64,000 nt of DNA from Bacteroidales bacterium (lineage in GTDB: Bacteria > Bacteroidota > Bacteroidia > Bacteroidales > JBGRPZ01): NCBI GenBank assembly GCA_041725955.1, contig JBGRQE010000008.1:6627-70626 (forward strand), given 5' to 3'. The translations under genes and the position numbers were made by a program. Shown here in pieces: positions 31,436 through 40,647 of the stretch. The notes under the pieces were generated by a model. That model worked only from the letters and a program-made list of their open reading frames with translations. It was not told the origin of the DNA and did not search any database. How positions within the stretch are numbered: the first letter of the stretch is position 1; the number at the start of each line of letters is the position of its first letter.

Positions 31436-32596
31436 ATGAAAAAGGGAAATTATTTTATAAATTTATGTATCGTAGTTCTTTGTATGCTGGCAGTTGTTGC
31501 ATATAAAGGAAAGTTTTTAGGAAAAGAAAATTCTGAATGGTTTTCAGATAAAAACCAAGAAGAATACTTAAAACCTTCAGACAAATTGCTTCGCGATGCG
31601 GGATATACCAACTACTACAATATCGAGGAAGAAGATGAAGGAATATGGATTCTCGACTCTAAGGAAAAAGGGAAACAGACACGAATTGTTTCTACTAAAT
31701 TATTTTCGCCAGATAATTATGGATTTGCAGGCCCAATATATTCACTCATCTACCTTAACCATAATAATACAATTGAAAAAGTACAAATACAGTCTCATTC
31801 CGAAACTCCAAGCTTTATTCATCGTATCAAAAGACGTGGCATCTTAACTCAATGGGAAAACGTTAGCCTAAACAATTACAATCAGTTTCAAGCCGATGTT
31901 GTTTCTGGAGCAACTCTAAGCTCGAATGCAATTAACTCCTCGGTACACGAAAGTTTAATGGGACTCGAAAAAAAGCATCATGCTTTTTGGAATCATATAC
32001 AATGGAATAACAAAATACTTCTTGCCTTGGCAGTGCTTCTTCTTGGAGTTGTAAACACTTTTGTTAAATCGAAGAAAAAGATAATGCGGACAATTCAGTT
32101 ATCGCTAAACACTATCGTACTCGGATTGTATTGCGGACAATTCATTTCTTTGGGGCTGTTATTTGGCTGGCTTCAAAATGGAATGAATCCTTTACTTACC
32201 TTATCCTTAAGCTTTATGGTAGCACTGGCGGTAATTATGCCTTTATTGGGAAAGCGACAGTTTTACTGCTCTTGGATATGTCCATTCGGATCGGCACAAG
32301 AACTATTGGGTAAGATTAGTAAAAAGAAATGGTCGTTAAATTCAATTCCAGCCCAAATCTTAAAGCATTCACGAAAAAGCGTTTCACTAATACTGCTTAT
32401 AGCTTTCTGGATGGGAGTTTCGTTCGAAATATTACAATACGAACCTTTTGCTGCATTTATATTTCAGAGTGCAAGCATAGGAGTAATTGTTTTGGCAATT
32501 ATCAATTTGATTCTTGCAGTAAAGATTAACAGACCTTGGTGTCGATTTGCTTGCCCCACAGGACAAGTGTTAAGTTGGATTGAGAAGATAAAATAA
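31436..32596 (+). CDS. FMN-binding domain plus 4Fe-4S membrane protein (NosR/RnfG-like fusion)
   Basis: GFAGP, SETP, flavinylation motif DVVSGATLSS, TM region with CSWICPFG and WCRFACPTG (CX3CP x2). Confidence 0.88.
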   Translation: MKKGNYFINLCIVVLCMLAVVAYKGKFLGKENSEWFSDKNQEEYLKPSDKLLRDAGYTNYYNIEEEDEGIWILDSKEKGKQTRIVSTKLFSPDNYGFAGPIYSLIYLNHNNTIEKVQIQSHSETPSFIHRIKRRGILTQWENVSLNNYNQFQADVVSGATLSSNAINSSVHESLMGLEKKHHAFWNHIQWNNKILLALAVLLLGVVNTFVKSKKKIMRTIQLSLNTIVLGLYCGQFISLGLLFGWLQNGMNPLLTLSLSFMVALAVIMPLLGKRQFYCSWICPFGSAQELLGKISKKKWSLNSIPAQILKHSRKSVSLILLIAFWMGVSFEILQYEPFAAFIFQSASIGVIVLAIINLILAVKINRPWCRFACPTGQVLSWIEKIK

Positions 32597-32617
32597 CATA
32601 ACTTACAAATTACTACT

Positions 32618-33262
32618 ATGAAATCATCGCAAATATCCAATATTGTTCTTGCTTTGGCTGTTTTGGTTTTAGCTGTGCAACTGGGAATGCGCAAGCTAAA
32701 CAACAAACCTCAAGAAGTAAAAATCGTAAAGGAAAAAGAAATGACTAACAACACTCTCGATATTATTCACAAGAGAAAAAGCGTTCGCAACTTTAGCAAT
32801 CAGAAGGTGAGTAAAGAACAACTCGAAACCATTATAAAAGCCGGAATGGCTGCTCCCACAGCAGTAAATATGCAACCATGGGCATTTATTGCAATCGACG
32901 ACAGAGCTATGCTCGACAAACTTTCGGAAGGCTTGCCTTATGCCAAAATGCTAAGTACGGCTCAAGCTGCTATTGTTGTATGCGGCGATTTGAACAAGGC
33001 TTACGAACCACGTCCAGAATATTGGATTCAGGATTGCTCTGCGGCAACCGAAAACATATTGCTCGCTACCGAGGCTTTGGGCTTAGGTGCTGTTTGGACT
33101 GCCGTTTATCCGGAAGAAGACAGAATGGCTTTTGTGAAAAAAGAATTGAACCTTCCTGATCATATTATCGCACTTAATGTTATTCCATTGGGACACCCTA
33201 CAGGAAAAGATCATCCAAAAGACAAGTGGAAGCCTGAAAATCTTCACTGGGGGAAATGGTAG
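32618..33262 (+). CDS. Nitroreductase family protein with an N-terminal membrane anchor
   Basis: RKSVRNF, AAPTAVNMQPW, QDCSAATENILLA, LGLGAVW; hydrophobic N-terminus IVLALAVLVLAVQLG. Confidence 0.92.
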   Translation: MKSSQISNIVLALAVLVLAVQLGMRKLNNKPQEVKIVKEKEMTNNTLDIIHKRKSVRNFSNQKVSKEQLETIIKAGMAAPTAVNMQPWAFIAIDDRAMLDKLSEGLPYAKMLSTAQAAIVVCGDLNKAYEPRPEYWIQDCSAATENILLATEALGLGAVWTAVYPEEDRMAFVKKELNLPDHIIALNVIPLGHPTGKDHPKDKWKPENLHWGKW

Positions 33263-33308
33263 AGTCGACATAAGGAAATAGAGAAATGATCGTACCCATT
33301 GCTTTACA

Positions 33309-33469
33309 TTGACAATACAACGACTATCTTCGGGGCATGCTACTGTGTAGCACGGCGAATGCTACACAGTGGCATGGTGAATGCTACACAGTAGCATAAG
33401 CCTGCCCACACAGTAGCATTCGGTATGCCACACAGTGGCATGGGCAAAGGATAGTAGTCGTATTGTCAA
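33309..33469. repeat. Element with 20-bp terminal inverted repeats enclosing five 17-bp palindromic units at a 22-bp period
   Basis: Left TTGACAATACAACGACTATC vs reverse complement of right TTGACAATACGACTACTATC (18/20); units ATGCYACACAGTRGCAT start at 33337 (inverted), 33359, 33381, 33403 (degenerate) and 33425. Confidence 0.9.
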
Positions 33470-33666
33470 AACGTAGTAGTCGAATGGTTATATTACCACT
33501 ACAAGCCCAGCAAACTTTAATCTTTACTCCAACCCTATAAGTGCAAAACACAGCCTTAAATAAATATTGTTTATTTAAATTTTATCCTTGCTTATATATA
33601 TATTTGCTAATCGTATTTTTTAACCTATAGGCCGCTCCGATAGCTGTCTTCTAAAATGTTTTAATT

Positions 33667-34404
33667 ATGAAAAAGTTTTTCTTGTTTCTTGTCATAATAG
33701 CGACAATAGGAACGAGCCATTTTGTTTTTGGCTGTAAAAAAGAAAACAAGAATGAGGATACTGTTTTTTCTAATAGAAAAAATAGCAACAAATCAGCAGT
33801 CTTAATTTCTGATATGTTTAATCATTATAATATAAAGATGAAAATAACAGATCAGAAAGGAGTGGTTAGAGACTTTTTTACTAACAAACAAGGATACATA
33901 TTCTCTACCCACTATTTTCCAACAGGAGTTGTTAGTAATGTAGAAACAGTGCTTCCTAGTATGAAAAACATTAATGATGTGCTTGATATAAAAGGGAAAA
34001 AGTATATTAAGAACGGGGATAAGTTGTTATATTTTGACCCAAAATTATCTCAAGAGCCTTTTGAAATAGGGTTTGAATCTTCTGATAGTGGCGAATTAAT
34101 ACTTCGTGCTTTAAATTTTGGAGGAGGGGAATGTTCTATGACCATATCTTCAAAAAAAGGAAATAGCTATCAAGAATTTATAAGCCTATTTAATGATATT
34201 GAAGACGGCGAAGATGTATGCAAAAAAGATGATGATGATGATTCTAATTGGAAGGACTTAACAAAAATCACAGTAGAAACTCTTGGCGATTGGTTTTTAA
34301 GAAGAGCACGTAAAATCGATGGAGATAATTTCATTAAAAGATGCTTTGAAAGTGGAGGAAAACCATACGTTAATTATCAAGATTGTATCTTTGATTGTAG
34401 ATAA
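33667..34404 (+). CDS. Hypothetical lipoprotein with an acidic, Cys-containing C-terminus
   Basis: Signal peptide ending VFGC-KK; DDDDDS tract; C-terminal RCFESGGKPYVNYQDCIFDCR; TATATTTG element near 33599. Confidence 0.7.
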   Translation: MKKFFLFLVIIATIGTSHFVFGCKKENKNEDTVFSNRKNSNKSAVLISDMFNHYNIKMKITDQKGVVRDFFTNKQGYIFSTHYFPTGVVSNVETVLPSMKNINDVLDIKGKKYIKNGDKLLYFDPKLSQEPFEIGFESSDSGELILRALNFGGGECSMTISSKKGNSYQEFISLFNDIEDGEDVCKKDDDDDSNWKDLTKITVETLGDWFLRRARKIDGDNFIKRCFESGGKPYVNYQDCIFDCR

Positions 34405-34419
34405 TCAAACCATTATAAA

Positions 34420-34461
34420 AAAAAAGACATGGGAAAATCAAAACTTTCCCATGTCTTTTTT
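34420..34461. terminator. Bidirectional intrinsic terminator
   Basis: AAAAAAGACATGGGAAA ... TTTCCCATGTCTTTTTT. Confidence 0.85.
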
Positions 34462-34532
34462 ACAATGCATTATTTGCATATAAGAAAATAAATAAAGTTG
34501 TATTCTTTATATTTGCTTAAGCAAACAACTCG

Positions 34533-36755
34533 TTAGAAACGAGCATCATTCATAGCAACTTCATTAACATTGCGAATTAGCAATTGGTAATCTTTGTTAT
34601 ACTTAATAAGAATACCAACAACACTACCACTTTTATTTGGAATCAAATTGTTCTTATATTTAGCAAAGCTACTGGTTCTTACCACTAGTTTTGTACCATC
34701 TTTAGCCACAAGATTTCTGTTGGTTCCATAACCATCTGCACTGTCATAGTATGCTTTCCCAACTTCGGCATCAACAAACTGAACTTCATTGATTTTAACT
34801 AAAGATCCAACCTCAACATCAGTAAGACCAGCCAAAGTAACAACTTTTGCAGTTAAAGGACTTCCTCCAGAAACTTTTTTGATTGTAGCAGCAATATCAC
34901 CTTCGGCAATACCACCTAATTTAGTTTTACCAGTTTTGCTATCAACAAAAGGAACACCTAATTTAATTTCGCCATACTTATCTAAAGAAAGATCTTTAAC
35001 CTTAATCTGAATCTTTGTTCCTACAGGATAATCAAGGTTCAACTTCTTCTTGTTGATCTTAACACAAACACCACCAGTTGCATCTTCAACGTAGATAGCT
35101 TTGTATAGGTTTCCGTTAGAATCATCAGCAGTAACAACACCTTCGATAGTTTTATCTTCGGTAATTTTGAATATACCACTACCTGCATACATTGCCTTTA
35201 AAGCAGAAATAGTTAAATCGGCACCAGGAGTTGGGTTTCCTCCACCACCGCTATTCACAGTAAAGCGAGGGCTATTCATTGATACTTCATTAATATCACG
35301 AATAAGCATTTGGTAAGTAGTATTAAACTTATAGAAGATACCAGTAATAGTACCACTACCATTAGGAGTATTCTGAGCTTTAAAATCAGCAAAAGAACTG
35401 GTTCTTACAATTAACTTATTTCCATTTTTATCAGTAAGAGTACGGTTGGTATTTTGTCCACCAGTAACATAAGTCTGGTTGGCATCCCCATCAATAAACT
35501 GAACATTAGAAAGAGTAACTAAAGAACCCACCATATTATCATTCAAGTTATCTAAAGAAAGAGCTTGTGGGCTTAATGCTGAACCACCAGGTATTACAGA
35601 AATATGAATATTGATATCACCTTCGGCAATACCACCCAATCTTTTCTGACCAGTTTTGCTATCAGTAAAAGGCACTCCCAACTTATACTCACCATACTTA
35701 TCTACATATAAACTCTGAAGGTTTACACGTAGTTTGGTTCCTACAGGATAATCAGAATCTAATCCTTTCTTATTGATATTTAACAGAATTCCGCCTGTAT
35801 TATCCTGAACATAAATCTTCTTATAAAGGTTACCGTTCATGTCTGTAGCAGTAACAGTAGCTTCAATAATCTTTTCTTCAGTAATTTCGGTCATTGAAGA
35901 ACCACCATACAAAGCCTTAATATCAGCAATAGTAGCATTTGCAGTTCCTATATCCTTACCTTTAAAACGGTCGTTATCCATTTTGATCAATTTACTATCA
36001 GAAATAGCCAATTGAAGAATAGTACCATAACTACTTAAGATACCAACAACAGAACCACTTCCCTGAGGAACTTTATTTCCTGCAAAGTTTGCATAACCAC
36101 TAGTACGAACAATAATACCAGAGTTTGAAGGATCTAGAAGATTGATATTCTGATCTTCTTTAGCAATAGCATTAGCCCAAGTTTTATTTAAATCAGCTTC
36201 AGCAACTTGTACTTTATTGAATTTCACAAGCAAACCAACATGCTTAGAAATATCAACCTTACTAATTTCATTAAAATCAACAGGTTTAACCTCAACACCT
36301 ACTGCTTGCTTAAATACATTTTTATCTAATTCAAGAGTCTCAATGCTGTAACCGTATTTTTCAGAATCACTAATAACAGTAAGACCTTTTAGTGCAATAC
36401 GAACAGAATCGCCAGCAGAAAGAGCAATACCGCTACCATATTTCATGGTCAATGCAATACCACTTCCTGCAGATTGAATATATGCTTTTTTATAAAAGTT
36501 ACCTTCAGTTTCAGATGTAGAAATAACCCCATACATAGACTTATCCTCAGTAAAGGTATACATCTTCTTGTCTGGAGTTTGATCGGTTGCAGTACCTTTT
36601 GAATCTACAAGATCTTTTACTCCTTGAACAGTTAACACACTACCTTCAGGAACATTTGGAAGTTGAGGAAGGTCAAAATCTTTTTTTACGCAAGTCTGTA
36701 TACCCAATGCAATTGCAAGCATACAGATAAAACTTAAATATATTTTCTTATTCAT
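34533..36755 (-). CDS. Surface lipoprotein with three DUF5689-like (OB-fold) repeats
   Basis: Lipobox IQTC; three repeats, each with GN[FL]YK..Y[IV]QD..GG and VRTS[SG][FY]A.F....P.GSG...GI. Confidence 0.8.
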   Translation of the reverse strand: MNKKIYLSFICMLAIALGIQTCVKKDFDLPQLPNVPEGSVLTVQGVKDLVDSKGTATDQTPDKKMYTFTEDKSMYGVISTSETEGNFYKKAYIQSAGSGIALTMKYGSGIALSAGDSVRIALKGLTVISDSEKYGYSIETLELDKNVFKQAVGVEVKPVDFNEISKVDISKHVGLLVKFNKVQVAEADLNKTWANAIAKEDQNINLLDPSNSGIIVRTSGYANFAGNKVPQGSGSVVGILSSYGTILQLAISDSKLIKMDNDRFKGKDIGTANATIADIKALYGGSSMTEITEEKIIEATVTATDMNGNLYKKIYVQDNTGGILLNINKKGLDSDYPVGTKLRVNLQSLYVDKYGEYKLGVPFTDSKTGQKRLGGIAEGDINIHISVIPGGSALSPQALSLDNLNDNMVGSLVTLSNVQFIDGDANQTYVTGGQNTNRTLTDKNGNKLIVRTSSFADFKAQNTPNGSGTITGIFYKFNTTYQMLIRDINEVSMNSPRFTVNSGGGGNPTPGADLTISALKAMYAGSGIFKITEDKTIEGVVTADDSNGNLYKAIYVEDATGGVCVKINKKKLNLDYPVGTKIQIKVKDLSLDKYGEIKLGVPFVDSKTGKTKLGGIAEGDIAATIKKVSGGSPLTAKVVTLAGLTDVEVGSLVKINEVQFVDAEVGKAYYDSADGYGTNRNLVAKDGTKLVVRTSSFAKYKNNLIPNKSGSVVGILIKYNKDYQLLIRNVNEVAMNDARF

Positions 36756-36780
36756 TGTTGTATTATTTTTGAATCCCTAA

Positions 36781-39348
36781 TTAAAAGCTGAAAGTCAAAC
36801 TCACATAATAGCTACGTCCATACAAATAGAAATACTTGCTTGGGAAGCGATCAATATTTGATTTATCATAACGAAGTTGCTCAAAACCTCCAATAGCAAA
36901 ATCCTTTACATCAAAAAGATTGTTTACATTGGCATTTAATCGGATATAATAATCATTTATCTTCCACGATTTACCAACAAACATATCAACAGTAAAGCCA
37001 GGATCTAACTCCTCGCGATCTGTAATCTTTTGCCAAAATGCAGGATTATCTTGCTGAGTATATCCGCTAAGAGCAGCAGCAGAACGACGATCAGGATTAA
37101 AATCGGTATAAATATCCCAGAACAGATTTGCATTTGCTCCTGCATACCAATAACGAGGTGAAGAATATTTTACTCCAATGCTTGCTGCGCTTTGAGGAAA
37201 ACCACCTACTTTTTGTCCTTTTAGATATGAGTTATAGTGAAGTTGTCCTTTTTCATCAGTAAAAGAACCATAATCACTCTCAATAGGAGTACCATTATCA
37301 TTGGCAACCAAAACATCGGTTTTAGAATCAAATCTATAATCTCCTAAAGAAAGAACTCCAGTAACACTTACGGTTGGAATAACCTGAGCTTCCATACCCA
37401 ATTCCACACCCATATTAACCTTATCAACACCAGTCATTATATAATTTGTATAAGAACTCACGTCCTCATTATAAAAACTACGTTGCCATGTTTGATCCAT
37501 AAACTTTGTATAATATACACTAGCTCTGGATTTAAAATATGGAGTGCGGATTATATAATTGAAATCTCCAGATAGAATTTTCTCTGAATCTAAATTTTGA
37601 ACTACATCATTACGAGTTCTTGGAGATATAAATGCCGATCTAAACACAGGAGCTTTACTCATATACAAAGCATTTACAGTTAGTAGATGACGACCACTTA
37701 ACTTATAAACCACCCCTGCTTTGGTTCCGAAGTCGACAAAGTTTTCCTTATCAGAATCTCCCAATGAGTTATTTGGATGTTTACCATTTTGCATATGACC
37801 GGTTCTCCACATAGAAGTATAGGTAGCATTTGCACCCAAATAAAAATCGAATTTACTATATGTAAAGTCTGCCTGACCAAAAACATCAAACTGATTTACA
37901 TTAGCAGTATAATCATAACCAAATTTGTCGCCTTCTCTAACTACATGATTTGGTTTACGAATATCTGAATAAGATTGTGATGCATCTTGGAAATCTCTTT
38001 CTGCAAATTTATCAACATCCATAAAGAAATCACCACCCAATAAATCATCAACTAACTTATATCTTCTTTCCTTGTATAAGGATCCGTTTACACCAAAAGT
38101 AAGCTTAACATGGTCGTTAATTGCTGAATTCAAGAAAGAAGAGAAACTCCAACGGTTTCTTTCAGCTACTCTATTTTCAACTATATAATTTGAACGATTG
38201 CCATAGATTGTATTTCCCTCAATACCTTCGGCATTCTCCAATTTATACATATTACCACGGTTGATATTAATCATTGCATCCCAATCAAGCTGACGTCCTT
38301 CTTTGGTCGACCACAAACCAAGAGCTTTCTGATATTCATCCATTTTGTTTGAATTCGAGAAATAGCTTGGTAACTTTTTATAGTAATCAGGACGAGGATC
38401 TACATATCCATGCCAGTTAAGAGCAGTTGAGTTGTAGTGTCCAAAAGAATATGCAAGAGAGGTTGTCAATTTTGTATTCTCAGAAAACTTCAAATAGTCA
38501 CTAAGAATAATCATTGGTTGATTGGCATCAGATACCCTAGCATTTCTTTTCTCACCATTTTGATAACCCCAATTTGGATTATAATAATTGGTGCCAGCCA
38601 AATCATAAGCTTCTTGAGTAGATACTCCAGATTTTCCACGTTTACTTGGCGAACCGAAGCTAATCAAAGAAACACTATGATTATCACTAAACTTCTTTTC
38701 GATACCTAAGAAGTAAGAATATGCATCATAAAAAGTTCCTTCAACATAACCTTCATTAGCCCATCTTCTTGAACCAGAAACAGTAAATGCCCAACCATTC
38801 TTTGTAAGTCCTGAAGAATAGGTACCCATAAGACGGCTACGATAACTACCATTTAACTGAGAATAGGTAAAACGAAATCCCGGACGCATTGAACTTGGTC
38901 GTGCATCAAGATTTACAGTTTGACCAATTCCACCAAAATTAAATTGGTTGCTACTAATACCATTACTTTCTACTTTATTTCGGGTAACATCATTTAAACC
39001 ACCCCAAACACTCCAGTAAGGACGTCCAGAAATTGGATCATTTGCAATGATATTATTAAAAAGAACAGTATTATACTCAGAATCATACCCTCTTAAACGA
39101 AAACGAGTTCTCCCAAAATTATATCCCGCAGTATTTACAACTACATCTCTGGAAGCACTTAGTAAACCACTAATATCTCCAGATTGAGAATCTTCATTAT
39201 CCAGCTCCGCATCATTAATATCAATTACCGGAAAATTGGGATCTTTATCACGAATACTTTTCCCCCTTAAAGAAGTTGTGTCCGTTTGAGCCCTTAATCC
39301 AATAAATAATGCTGAGAAAACCAACAACAGTAAGTACTTTTTCCTCAT
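36781..39348 (-). CDS. TonB-dependent receptor-like outer-membrane protein
   Basis: Signal peptide, plug-like FRLRGYD...WGGLND, YNPNWGYQNGEKRNA, NVNNLFD box, terminal Phe (YYVSLTFSF). Confidence 0.88.
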   Translation of the reverse strand: MRKKYLLLLVFSALFIGLRAQTDTTSLRGKSIRDKDPNFPVIDINDAELDNEDSQSGDISGLLSASRDVVVNTAGYNFGRTRFRLRGYDSEYNTVLFNNIIANDPISGRPYWSVWGGLNDVTRNKVESNGISSNQFNFGGIGQTVNLDARPSSMRPGFRFTYSQLNGSYRSRLMGTYSSGLTKNGWAFTVSGSRRWANEGYVEGTFYDAYSYFLGIEKKFSDNHSVSLISFGSPSKRGKSGVSTQEAYDLAGTNYYNPNWGYQNGEKRNARVSDANQPMIILSDYLKFSENTKLTTSLAYSFGHYNSTALNWHGYVDPRPDYYKKLPSYFSNSNKMDEYQKALGLWSTKEGRQLDWDAMININRGNMYKLENAEGIEGNTIYGNRSNYIVENRVAERNRWSFSSFLNSAINDHVKLTFGVNGSLYKERRYKLVDDLLGGDFFMDVDKFAERDFQDASQSYSDIRKPNHVVREGDKFGYDYTANVNQFDVFGQADFTYSKFDFYLGANATYTSMWRTGHMQNGKHPNNSLGDSDKENFVDFGTKAGVVYKLSGRHLLTVNALYMSKAPVFRSAFISPRTRNDVVQNLDSEKILSGDFNYIIRTPYFKSRASVYYTKFMDQTWQRSFYNEDVSSYTNYIMTGVDKVNMGVELGMEAQVIPTVSVTGVLSLGDYRFDSKTDVLVANDNGTPIESDYGSFTDEKGQLHYNSYLKGQKVGGFPQSAASIGVKYSSPRYWYAGANANLFWDIYTDFNPDRRSAAALSGYTQQDNPAFWQKITDREELDPGFTVDMFVGKSWKINDYYIRLNANVNNLFDVKDFAIGGFEQLRYDKSNIDRFPSKYFYLYGRSYYVSLTFSF

Positions 39349-39403
39349 AACATTTTACTCTATAACTAATTTTAAATTAACCCTAATCTTTCAAAATCGG
39401 CCG

Positions 39404-39411
39404 CAAATTTA
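39404..39411 (-). promoter_or_regulatory. -7 promoter element for the receptor/DUF5689 operon
   Basis: CAAATTTA on plus equals TAAATTTG on minus. Confidence 0.55.
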
Positions 39412-39522
39412 ACCGAATAAAACTTTATTCAAAATGATAATCCGTAAAATTTTAATCTATTTTGACCGTTGATAAAATGCTGTGTACTAGCAACGAAATC
39501 AAAATACTAAGATTGTTCAAAA

Positions 39523-40581
39523 ATGAAAAAAAGAGTACTAGGGGTATTAAATGTGCTTTTGATAATGGGGATAATAGCCTGTAGCACAGGCTTAAAAGCA
39601 CAAGGAAAGAAAGAATATCAGGTTGGTGTAGTGGGATTCTATAATCTTGAAAATCTGTTTGATACAATCCACGATAAAGGAAAACGAGATCACGAATATC
39701 TTCCTGATGGAAGAAACAGGTGGAATACAGAAAAATATACCAAAAAACTAAAAAACATGTCGAAAGTTATCGCAAGACTTGCTACTGATGTAAGTCCTGA
39801 TGGCTGCGCCGTGCTTGGTGTTTCAGAAATAGAAAACAAAAGAGTTCTGGAAGATTTAGTTGCAACTCCAGAAATTCAGAAAAGAAATTATCAGATTGTT
39901 CAAGTTGAAGGTCCTGATGCCAGAGGTATTGATGTTGCTCTTCTATATAATCCTAAATATTTTACTGTAGAAAATGTAGTATCATACCCTTGCCGCATTC
40001 CAGAAAAAAACGACTTTAGAACTCGTGACCAGTTATTGGTTTCTGGAAAATTCGGTGGAGAAGACATGCATTTTATTGTTCTTCACTGGCCTTCAAGACG
40101 TGGTGGAGAGAAAAGAAGCCGCCCTTTAAGAAATAGTGCTGCTGATGTTACCCGACACATTGTTGATTCACTTTACAATGCTGACAATAATGCAAAAGTA
40201 ATTGTTATGGGTGACTTAAATGACGATCCTATAAATCAAAGTTGTGTAGATCATCTAAAAGCAAAGGCTAATCCTAAAAAACTTAAAGATGGTGAGATGT
40301 ATAACACCATATATAAGTATTTCAAAAAAGGAATTGGAACTTTAGCATATCGTGACAACTGGAATAACTTCGATCAGATTATTATTTCACAAGGACTATT
40401 GGGAAAAGATTACAGTTCTTTTAAATTCTATAAGAGTGTAATTTTCAACAAAAACTTCTTAAAGAATCAAGAAGGAAGATATAAAGGTTATCCAAAAAGA
40501 ACTATGGTTGGAGGATCATGGCAAGGAGGATATAGTGATCATTTCCCTGTTTATACAGTATTGATCAAAGAAAAAAACTAA
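39523..40581 (+). CDS. Secreted EEP-family endonuclease
   Basis: GFYNLENLFDT, GVSEIEN, DARGIDVALLY, HWPSRRGG, MGDLNDDP, FDQII, GYSDHFPV. Confidence 0.92.
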   Translation: MKKRVLGVLNVLLIMGIIACSTGLKAQGKKEYQVGVVGFYNLENLFDTIHDKGKRDHEYLPDGRNRWNTEKYTKKLKNMSKVIARLATDVSPDGCAVLGVSEIENKRVLEDLVATPEIQKRNYQIVQVEGPDARGIDVALLYNPKYFTVENVVSYPCRIPEKNDFRTRDQLLVSGKFGGEDMHFIVLHWPSRRGGEKRSRPLRNSAADVTRHIVDSLYNADNNAKVIVMGDLNDDPINQSCVDHLKAKANPKKLKDGEMYNTIYKYFKKGIGTLAYRDNWNNFDQIIISQGLLGKDYSSFKFYKSVIFNKNFLKNQEGRYKGYPKRTMVGGSWQGGYSDHFPVYTVLIKEKN

Positions 40582-40602
40582 GATAATGGTTATGTAAATT
40601 AA

Positions 40603-40639
40603 TGCGGCTGCTAATTATTCCGTTCACATTGCAGCCGCA
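40603..40639. terminator. Stem-loop between convergent genes
   Basis: TGCGGCTGC ... GCAGCCGCA. Confidence 0.65.
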
Positions 40640-40647
40640 ATTTACTT

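Noticed and set aside
33337-33441. Possible mini-CRISPR array (palindromic repeats)
   Set aside because: Linkers are only 5 nt, repeats are 17 nt, one unit is inverted and no cas genes are present.
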